Below, one piece after another: positions 48,425 through 55,152 of a DNA stretch of 64,000 nt. Origin of the DNA: a virus; the IMG/VR virus record IMGVR_UViG_3300045988_117149. One strand, given 5' to 3'. The notes below the pieces were generated by a model. It saw only the letters and a list, made by a program, of their open reading frames with translations. It had not been told where the DNA came from and did no database searches. Both the position numbers and the translations under genes were made by a program. How positions within the stretch are numbered: the first letter of the stretch is position 1; each line of letters opens with the position of its first letter.

Positions 48425-49175
48425 TCTTGATTCTAAGCATAACCCTTTTAACATATCCGTTTATCTTATTGCCCAGTATAAGTTCTATAAGTATACCTCC
48501 GGAGAAATCTGAAGGAGAAAGGTTTCCTTTTTTAACGGTAATAGAACCATGACTATAGGAACCAGAGGGAGTCCAATCGGATGGGTCTACTGTATCTATC
48601 TTATAATTAATGGCTTGAGAATATTCTCTATCACAACCATAAAATAAACCTTGAGCATCATAGAGACTCATATTAAAATAGAAATCAGAATAAGGTACCA
48701 ATTGACTACCTTTTAAGTAGAGCTCGAATATAGCAGTGGGTTCTGTATATGAACCATTATCAGACCAAGGGACCTTAGTTACAGGTATAAGTAAATATTC
48801 ATCTTGAGATGCAGGTAAGGTACCTGAAGTTACATATTGACCATTATAGTTTAAGATATAGGGTAAGTCTTTATATGTAGTTAGAGAGTTCTTATCATAC
48901 CTACCCCATATTTCTACATACATTGGGATATCTACTGCCTTCTGAGTGATTGTGATAGTGATAACTTTACCAGTAGTGGCTTGGGTAAGAGTGATAGTGG
49001 CTGCTCTACTTGAAGAACCTGAGTTTGCAGAAATGTCTACTTCTAAATTGTAAGATACTGCATCATTTGATGTCTTCTTAGTAAAAACCCAAGCATTACT
49101 TGATGAGATTGGTGGGTCATATGTGATACTTGTAGTAAAGTCAATAATATCTGACTTAGATACTTTACCATTCAC
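48417..49175 (-). CDS. BACON/Ig-like protein, paralog C. The true gene is probably 48417-49300, but its ATG is out of frame at the G9 tract.
   Basis: The track start is only a GTG. The frame is open upstream through the tract, and the ATG at 49300 joins it if the tract is 10 or 7 nt long. Motif SSRAATITLTQ...ITITITQ. Confidence 0.6.
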   Translation of the reverse strand: MNGKVSKSDIIDFTTSITYDPPISSSNAWVFTKKTSNDAVSYNLEVDISANSGSSSRAATITLTQATTGKVITITITQKAVDIPMYVEIWGRYDKNSLTTYKDLPYILNYNGQYVTSGTLPASQDEYLLIPVTKVPWSDNGSYTEPTAIFELYLKGSQLVPYSDFYFNMSLYDAQGLFYGCDREYSQAINYKIDTVDPSDWTPSGSYSHGSITVKKGNLSPSDFSGGILIELILGNKINGYVKRVMLRIKIN

Positions 49176-49276
49176 TACAGTATCTCTATATGAGTGAATG
49201 GTAAAGGTCTTTTTGGTTGCATCTGAAGGTACTGTTATTTCCTGAGATGCGGCTCTGGTACTAAATACCAGATTTA

Positions 49277-49285
49277 GGGGGGGGG
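49277..49285. repeat. G9 homopolymer (C9 on the coding strand)
   Basis: Counted directly: gatttaGGGGGGGGGattta. Confidence 0.95.
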
Positions 49286-49309
49286 ATTTAAATTTTCCAT
49301 ATCTTTCTT

Positions 49310-49933
49310 TTAATATTGATACATGTCAATTCTGTTACTAGCTATAATGTCCCCATAACTAAATCGTATATAAAACCATCCAAAATAAGTTCCGGAACTT
49401 CCTCCCTTAGTAGAGATTACCATAGAATCAGTACCTTGAGTTTGGTCTGAAGCTATGGAGAAACCACCATTAAAGGGACTTTGTTGAGATATCTCAAAGG
49501 TATCAGTAGTTCCCATTCCTTCAGTTTCGATAGTACCATCAGAATAGATATCTGATTTGAAAACCTCGAAAATCATTCTGGATATAGTTGAATCTACATG
49601 GGTTTCATAAGTTTCTGTGTTGGCATCATAGATATAGTTTCCATTATCCGGATTACCTACACAGAAATATTTAGTTGAGATTATATATCTCTGAGGAACC
49701 TGAGAGTAATTAAGGGTAATCCTCTTACCGGATGCAGGTTGGAGAAGTACTATCTTACCACTTCGAGTGGAAGAGGTATTATTAGCTGGTACTGTAATGG
49801 TTAATTGGGAAGGAACCTCAGAAGTCTTAATAGTACTACCTGAGGGTAAATTCTGAGATTCCACTTTCCAATTAGCAGCATATTCTTGAGCTAAGTTACC
49901 ATTGATGTACTTATAGGTAATAGATTCAACCAT
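49310..49933 (-). CDS. BACON/Ig-like protein, paralog B. The true gene is probably 49310-50024, but its ATG is out of frame at the C7 tract.
   Basis: The frame is open upstream to 50005. The ATG at 50024 joins it if the tract is 6 or 9 nt long. Motif SSTRSGKIVLLQ...ITLNYSQ. Confidence 0.6.
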   Translation of the reverse strand: MVESITYKYINGNLAQEYAANWKVESQNLPSGSTIKTSEVPSQLTITVPANNTSSTRSGKIVLLQPASGKRITLNYSQVPQRYIISTKYFCVGNPDNGNYIYDANTETYETHVDSTISRMIFEVFKSDIYSDGTIETEGMGTTDTFEISQQSPFNGGFSIASDQTQGTDSMVISTKGGSSGTYFGWFYIRFSYGDIIASNRIDMYQY

Positions 49934-49986
49934 TACTACGGTAGTTTCTCCTGCCCCTGCAAAACTTAAATCAAGGGTGGTGACCT

Positions 49987-49993
49987 CCCCCCC
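49987..49993. repeat. C7 homopolymer (G7 on the coding strand)
   Basis: Counted directly: gacctCCCCCCCtacgg. Confidence 0.95.
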
Positions 49994-50035
49994 TACGGAA
50001 TGATACTACATTTTTCTTTTCCATATCCTTGAAAT

Positions 50036-51007
50036 TTATAAAGTGATTATTTGGTCTGATGAAGGCAATAGGAAAGTAGACCTTAATTGCCAAGTTTGAT
50101 TAGTAAATCTATAAGCTGATATACGATCACCTGGGTAAGCCATTTCAGTACTACCATTTTGTAAATTTACTCTTACACCCTCAGATTTTTTATACTTATG
50201 GACTGAGGTATCATCTAATACAGCGAAATTAAAATAAGCTGTACCAGTACTACCAGTTTGAGGTGTTTGCCCCTCTTTGAAGAAAGCTCCTGAAAAAGTG
50301 TTCAGAGGCCAATTGATTGTAAGGGTGATATCCTGTTCCGCAGCTTTCTGCCATATAGTCACTTCTCTACGTTGGTCACCACAGGTTACTAAGAGTGTTC
50401 CGGACCTTTCTGAAGAACCCGAGTTTGCTGCAGTTGCTTTAACTATAATTTGGTACCAATTAGGTGCACCTGCCATAATAGACCCATCTTTAACTGTAAC
50501 CTTAGTTGCCCAAGAAGGAGTTACTCCTACGGATGGTTGTTTGGCCATTACCTCTCCATCACTTCGAGTCATATAAGATTGAACCATAATCGTAGTAGTA
50601 TTACCTATATTAGCTCCTATGGTAGCACTTACATTCAATACACCTAAGAAGTAGGTATAAGTGAAGTTGGGTTCTTGACTTATAGGGAAAGATATAGTTT
50701 GACCAGATTCTCTCTGCTTAAATACAAGAGTATGGGTTCTGGCAGAGGAACCTGTATTCTCTTGCAGGGTGGTAAAAGTTACTTTGCAATCATTGCCCTC
50801 AAAAGCATATTTCACGCTTACCCAAGAGGGGATGCTGGATTCCATATCCCAATCTACATTAGTCTTCTGCCCAGTACTCTTGCCATTAATGTACTTGGTC
50901 TTATAGGAGTAGATATAGGTAGTCTTGGTATCCCCAACATTCTGACCTATCTCAAAGACCGATGCCCTGGGTGCAGCATTGGCTACTCTAAAGTTAAATT
51001 CGTTCAT
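50036..51007 (-). CDS. BACON/Ig-like protein, paralog A (two domains, intact)
   Basis: SSARTHTLVFKQ...ISFPISQ and SSERSGTLLVTC...EVTIWQ motifs. Uninterrupted ATG-to-stop ORF. Confidence 0.65.
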   Translation of the reverse strand: MNEFNFRVANAAPRASVFEIGQNVGDTKTTYIYSYKTKYINGKSTGQKTNVDWDMESSIPSWVSVKYAFEGNDCKVTFTTLQENTGSSARTHTLVFKQRESGQTISFPISQEPNFTYTYFLGVLNVSATIGANIGNTTTIMVQSYMTRSDGEVMAKQPSVGVTPSWATKVTVKDGSIMAGAPNWYQIIVKATAANSGSSERSGTLLVTCGDQRREVTIWQKAAEQDITLTINWPLNTFSGAFFKEGQTPQTGSTGTAYFNFAVLDDTSVHKYKKSEGVRVNLQNGSTEMAYPGDRISAYRFTNQTWQLRSTFLLPSSDQIITL

Positions 51008-51107
51008 AATCTAATAAGTTTTATTGGTTTATAATTATTGCTCTCTTGATATTGTAGTCCTCTACCCATGGGATGCCATGAGTTCTATATATTTATATAA
51101 ATGCTAA

Positions 51108-51575
51108 ATGAATATGAGAAGTACAGATTACATAAGTAAGGGAACTGCAGTAGCAAGGCTATATAAGGCAAGGGAATACCTATTAATGGATAAAGATTGT
51201 AGGAAGGGCTTATGCTTTTACCTAAGGTCAGTAGATATCCTGGATTACCTCGAAGAGATTGGGATATGGAATTTAGATACCTTCAGTATAGAAGTTCTAT
51301 GGGCCTATGAGGATTTTATAAATAGAAGTTGTATAGTGGCTATGGGAAATGTGAAAGTAGTGGAGAGAAAGTTGAATACCATGTATAGTTGGAAGGATAG
51401 CTTTGATGCTAGGAGTTCATCCAAAGAGATATGGGGAATAGCAAGGGATTCTATCCCTGAGATTTCTCAAAAGAATTTCTATTGGTGGGACCCAAATGAT
51501 AGAGAGGTAAGGGTGAAGGCAATCGATTTATTAATTAATAAGGTAATGAAGTATGGTGAAGGAAAAGAAGATTAG
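51108..51575 (+). CDS. hypothetical Trp-rich protein, member 1 of a + strand tandem set
   Basis: 155 aa. Ends ...KYGEGKED, with the next gene's ATGGTGAAGG embedded in it. Confidence 0.55.
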   Translation: MNMRSTDYISKGTAVARLYKAREYLLMDKDCRKGLCFYLRSVDILDYLEEIGIWNLDTFSIEVLWAYEDFINRSCIVAMGNVKVVERKLNTMYSWKDSFDARSSSKEIWGIARDSIPEISQKNFYWWDPNDREVRVKAIDLLINKVMKYGEGKED

Positions 51576-51918
51576 GAAAGTGTTCGAAGAAATATACCAA
51601 GAGCAGTTAGCTAAACATAGGAGAGGAGGAACAATACAGAATCTTTGTAGGGTAATTAAAACCCATTGTGTTTTGAATGGGTATTCAACTTTATGGATAG
51701 AGATTCAGCAATGGTTTAAACCTGAAAGATATGGTTTAACGGAGTTATATTATACGATAGATGTTAATACCCCTACCCCGATTGAGATGATTCCTTATGA
51801 GGATAGAGATAGGTATTATTGGTTTCCTGTACATCAGGTATATAATTTGAAGAGATTGGAGATTCTTGAAATGGAGATAGATAATCAATTAAAGGAGGAA
51901 GGTTATGGTGAAGGTTGA
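51553..51918 (+). CDS. hypothetical Trp-rich protein, member 2
   Basis: 121 aa. YYWFP...RLEIL parallels FYWWDP...AIDLL in member 1. Ends ...GYGEG. Confidence 0.55.
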   Translation: MVKEKKIRKVFEEIYQEQLAKHRRGGTIQNLCRVIKTHCVLNGYSTLWIEIQQWFKPERYGLTELYYTIDVNTPTPIEMIPYEDRDRYYWFPVHQVYNLKRLEILEMEIDNQLKEEGYGEG

Positions 51919-52168
51919 GACTTTGAAGGAAGATGGGTTTGTTAGAATCCTAAGATGTAGGGAAGGTAATAGGATTTGGTATCAGATGTGGCTTACCGAT
52001 TTGGAGAAGGGTTGCATTGATAGATATTTCCTTGATATGGAAGTTAAGGCTTGGTGGTTGATTAATCTTCAGAGATGGTATGTTTTCTTTTATGAGAAGA
52101 ATGGTAGGAGAGTTAGGGGAGTATTGGGGAAAGATAGGACTAAGGATTTACTTAGGAGTATTTTGTAG
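51905..52168 (+). CDS. hypothetical Trp-rich protein, member 3
   Basis: 87 aa; starts with the same ATGGTGAAGG as member 2. Confidence 0.5.
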   Translation: MVKVETLKEDGFVRILRCREGNRIWYQMWLTDLEKGCIDRYFLDMEVKAWWLINLQRWYVFFYEKNGRRVRGVLGKDRTKDLLRSIL

Positions 52169-52323
52169 GTATAGGCCCGGGATGGTTAATCTGTTCTGGG
52201 CTTCTTTGTGTGAGCATGTGTGGTGTGTGGATGTGGGGTACCCCTTAATACGAGGTGTCAAAATCATGGCCTACTAAAACGAGCGTACGGTTACGTTAAA
52301 TTTAACATTTAAAAATAAAAAGT

Positions 52324-52351
52324 AAGGGACAAACATTTTTATGTGTCCCTT
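52324..52351. terminator. bidirectional terminator between convergent units
   Basis: AAGGGACA-aacatttttatg-TGTCCCTT, a perfect 8-bp stem, T-rich on both sides (TGTTTTCT on +, ACTTTTTATTTTT on -). Confidence 0.65.
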
Positions 52352-52357
52352 TGTTTT

Positions 52358-52654
52358 CTAATTATCTACTAAATGATTATTTAAATTTTCTTTAAATTGT
52401 TCATTTAAACAATAACATAAGTATAGTAAAAAAGTTTTAAAAGAAAATTTTTTATAAATTGTATATTCAACTTCTTTTAAATAGTTCATGCTTATTTGTT
52501 CAATCAATAGAAATTGCTCTGCATTAATTAATTGAAAAGTTTGCACGTCAATAATAGTAGATATTATTCTATGATTTGACTTTAAAAGAATATAAACTAC
52601 ATATAAAGCACTAACAAAAACAGCTAATAAGATAACAAACAAGATTAATAACAT
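52358..52654 (-). CDS. hypothetical membrane-anchored protein (AT-rich island)
   Basis: 98 aa with N-terminal helix LLILFVILLAVFVSALYVVYILL. Confidence 0.5.
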   Translation of the reverse strand: MLLILFVILLAVFVSALYVVYILLKSNHRIISTIIDVQTFQLINAEQFLLIEQISMNYLKEVEYTIYKKFSFKTFLLYLCYCLNEQFKENLNNHLVDN

Positions 52655-52661
52655 AATAATT

Positions 52662-52689
52662 TTATTTTTATGATAGGGAGTAAAATTTT
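52662..52689. repeat. perfect 28-bp palindrome GATAGGGAGTAAAA/TTTTACTCCCTATC (attenuator, terminator or operator)
   Basis: Read directly. Lies between the stop at 52711 and the ATG at 52654, 8 nt from the latter. Confidence 0.8.
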
Positions 52690-52710
52690 ACTCCCTATCT
52701 GATTTTTGTT

Positions 52711-53121
52711 TTACTTCATTGATTTTTTCACGATTTCGAGACCTTTTATTAATATCGCTTTCTTTTCTTCTTTTGTATTCTCACTTGCAATTGAATTAAA
52801 TGAAAAATCATTTAATGTATAGACTTGTTTATAAAAGTCTATAAAGCCCTCAATTAGTTTTTTATCTGCATTGTTTGCAATCGTTGAAAGAAAATTGAAA
52901 GTTACGTTTCTGAACTTTTTACGTAACGATTTGATTTGCTTTTCGTTTGCACCCTCAAAAAGTTCTTTTTTGTAAATTTCTGTTTTTGTCCCTAAAGAAG
53001 TTTTGAAAAGACCAGCATTTTTTTCTTTAACGCTTTTCAATACGTCTAAAGCAATTAAACTATTTGCTTTTGCGTTTGCACTTGCTTTTTCTACATTTAC
53101 ATTATTAATTTGCTTTTTCAT
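52711..53121 (-). CDS. hypothetical Lys-rich protein (AT-rich island)
   Basis: 136-aa ORF behind two tandem promoters. Confidence 0.6.
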   Translation of the reverse strand: MKKQINNVNVEKASANAKANSLIALDVLKSVKEKNAGLFKTSLGTKTEIYKKELFEGANEKQIKSLRKKFRNVTFNFLSTIANNADKKLIEGFIDFYKQVYTLNDFSFNSIASENTKEEKKAILIKGLEIVKKSMK

Positions 53122-53233
53122 AATAAAATGCTTGAAAGTTTTATTATTAATTATTTTTATTACCTTTTCAAATAGACCCTCAAGACTTTTTAAACTATTC
53201 TAATAAGGTAGTATTTATTTCATTTCTGTATTG

Positions 53234-53241
53234 CAAATATA
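53234..53241 (-). promoter_or_regulatory. promoter: -7 box TATATTTG with -33 TTTG (53261-53264) at 19-nt spacing
   Basis: The reverse complement of caaatata and of caaa; a full two-element match. Confidence 0.7.
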
Positions 53242-53339
53242 AGAACTATTTTTTAATCTACAAAATTTTTAGAGAATTATTTTCTTAAAAAGTTTTAATT
53301 AAAAATTTATTCAAATATCTTTTTGTTTTTCTCACATTG

Positions 53340-53347
53340 CAAAGATA
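53340..53347 (-). promoter_or_regulatory. second tandem promoter: -7 box TATCTTTG with -33 TTTG (53367-53370) at 19-nt spacing
   Basis: About 106 bp upstream of the first copy. The flanks are homologous (attgcaaaGATAcggactttattttaatctacaaa versus attgcaaaTATAagaactattttttaatctacaaa). Confidence 0.65.
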
Positions 53348-53612
53348 CGGACTTTATTTTAATCTACAAACATTTTCAAGAAAATTTTTTGAGAAAATGA
53401 ATATTTTTATTTTCAAAATTATTTTCGTGAAAAATTCATAAAATAGAAAATATTGTGCACCCTAAAAGGACTTAATATTTGCACTTAATTTTGGAGGTTC
53501 ACAAGGGAAATCTTCACACGCCTTGTAGTGGGCATATATGATATGTATATAGGTAATCCTATATAGCTTATGCCTGTCCTCTTGAGAGTGTATTATATAC
53601 CTGTATATTGAA

Positions 53613-53624
53613 GGCCATTAATGG
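53613..53624. repeat. palindromic motif GGCCATTAATGG, copy 1
   Basis: Exact; the core CCATTAATGG is its own reverse complement. Confidence 0.9.
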
Positions 53625-53782
53625 ACTAAGGTGATAAAGAATTAAGGCCAATTAGCTATATCCATATTATTGCCATCTATAAACCTATTAGGTCCTAATT
53701 CAATAAGGCCATATAGGGACTATGGTAAGCCTATAGAGATTAGGATAGCCTATAAGGGCTTACTAAGTTAGCGTAAGTAAAA

Positions 53783-53807
53783 ACCCAGTACTTAGGTAAG
53801 CCTGGGT
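53783..53807 (-). terminator. terminator after ORF 53819-54205
   Basis: The - strand reads ACCCAG-13 nt-CUGGGU followed by UUUUU, 12 nt after the stop. Confidence 0.55.
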
Positions 53808-53818
53808 CAAAGTTAGGA

Positions 53819-54205
53819 TTAGAGAGTATAGGGATGGGTAACGATATATGTATTATTGATATAGGTTACTGTAGGGGCAAGAGGTGAAGCCTCATAATCG
53901 AGAGGGAATGCTTTGTGTAATTCGTAGGAGCAAAGCTGTTCTTGTCTAGTATTCAGTTCGTTATCTGAATAGAATATTAGTGTATGTAAGCCATCGCCTT
54001 CTTCTTCGTTCTCTGTTGAGGTAATTGAGATTAGGTGAAAGCCTTGTTTGAGAAATTCTGAGTCTTTGTCAAGAGAACCGAGATAGCAATTGAGGTATTC
54101 GGTATAGCCCTGTACTGAAGGATTAGAAGCATTAGAGATTACTAAGGCATTATTAGTAAGTTCTGATTCAGTGTTGAGAACGAGGTACTTAATATTATTT
54201 TTCAT
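53819..54205 (-). CDS. hypothetical early protein
   Basis: 128-aa ORF with its own promoter and terminator, embedded in repeat-rich non-coding DNA. Confidence 0.6.
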   Translation of the reverse strand: MKNNIKYLVLNTESELTNNALVISNASNPSVQGYTEYLNCYLGSLDKDSEFLKQGFHLISITSTENEEEGDGLHTLIFYSDNELNTRQEQLCSYELHKAFPLDYEASPLAPTVTYINNTYIVTHPYTL

Positions 54206-54247
54206 AATGTTTAAAAATTAAATTGTTAGTATTTCTTTTTCTTTCTA

Positions 54248-54255
54248 CAAAGATA
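54248..54255 (-). promoter_or_regulatory. promoter -7 box TATCTTTG
   Basis: The reverse complement of caaagata, 43 nt upstream of the ATG at 54205. TTGC lies 19 nt further upstream. Confidence 0.6.
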
Positions 54256-54327
54256 CAAATAATAAATAATATATGCAATATGCCCCATTTGCCTTCGTAG
54301 GTTATTGATGGCCTTATAAATCCCCTG

Positions 54328-54339
54328 GGCCATTAATGG
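54328..54339. repeat. palindromic motif GGCCATTAATGG, copy 2
   Basis: Exact; followed after 1 nt by GATTGCCTT (54341-54349), an inverted copy of AAGGCAATC. Confidence 0.9.
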
Positions 54340-54408
54340 AGATTGCCTTAATCCTAATTTGCCCAGTACCTACTAATATATAATACTATATAAACTAACC
54401 TGAGGCAA

Positions 54409-54426
54409 AAGGCAATCAAGGCAATC
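54409..54426. repeat. two directly abutting copies of AAGGCAATC
   Basis: aaggcaatcaaggcaatc. Further copies at 54640-54648 and 54800-54808, and inverted copies at 54341-54349 and 54872-54880. Confidence 0.9.
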
Positions 54427-54663
54427 GAAATCACCAAATTGTCCTAGAGTTCTGCAAATAATGCTAATATAAATACTAAGCCAATTACTTACATAGTTAC
54501 TAGGAATATTGCCTAAATATTACCTATAAAAGCCCTAATTCCTATTTACCATTTAGCCTTAAAACCCTAATCCTATTTGCCTAATCACAAATCCTAACTC
54601 CAATACTTATTATATAATACCTAATATAATAACTTGGTGAAGGCAATCAAGGTAAATTGTGAT

Positions 54664-54675
54664 GGCCATTAATCG
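54664..54675. repeat. palindromic motif, copy 3 (GGCCATTAATCG, 10 of 12)
   Basis: Lies 15 nt after AAGGCAATC at 54640. Confidence 0.7.
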
Positions 54676-54807
54676 ACGATGTACTAAAGCTATACTACCC
54701 ACATACATAGAAGCTACATAACATACCTGTATTATATAATCCCCTACCTTCGAATTACCTTGAATGCAATCTATAATATAATACATATAAAGGGTACTCA
54801 AGGCAAT

Positions 54808-54827
54808 CGGATTTAGACGGATTTAGA
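54808..54827. repeat. tandem CGGATTTAGA x2 (partial third copy at 54841-54847)
   Basis: cggatttagacggatttaga abuts the palindrome at 54828. Confidence 0.85.
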
Positions 54828-54839
54828 GGCCATTAATGG
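54828..54839. repeat. palindromic motif GGCCATTAATGG, copy 4
   Basis: Exact. Flanked by AAGGCAATC (54800) and its inverted copy (54872). Confidence 0.9.
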
Positions 54840-55152
54840 TCGGATTTTGTGTACCTTTTAGGCCTTTTTGTGATTGCCTTTAAAGTGTGTAGTAGAGCTA
54901 TATGGTATAGTGGCTATATAGTGAGTTGAGTGGCTTTGTATAGTAGTAGGTAGGTACCTAGATCTCATTCTCAATTTTTCCCACCCCCGGCGAGGTACCC
55001 CAAGGGAAGGAAGGTAAGTATGTATTATGATTAGTATATGTTATATTGATGGTATATAGGATAGGTGTATTAGTTATATGTGTACCTTAGTTAGCGCTAT
55101 TAAGATTTTGATTATTTGTTTTGTTTGGTGGGTAGTATGTGGATGGGTAGTA

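Noticed and set aside
52235-52244. GGTACC-centred palindromes (GGGGTACCCC 52235-52244, TAGGTACCTA 54951-54960, GGGTACCC 56014-56021)
   Set aside because: Only three short copies, with different flanks, one of them inside a coding region. Several GGTACC sites are expected by chance in 64 kb, so this is not convincing as a motif.
54610-54801. 63-aa - strand ORF inside the repeat field
   Set aside because: It is made of the TATTATATAAT / AAGGCAATC repeat words themselves, is rich in Ile/Tyr/Cys, and has neither promoter box nor coupling. Most likely a chance ORF.
53442-55152. Possible CRISPR array or tRNA/ncRNA genes in the non-coding repeat field
   Set aside because: The repeats are short (9-12 bp), of several different kinds and irregularly spaced, so they do not form a repeat-spacer lattice. 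I found no T-loop-like GGTTCGAAT-type sequence or cloverleaf anywhere in the window. An ncRNA cannot be excluded without transcript data.
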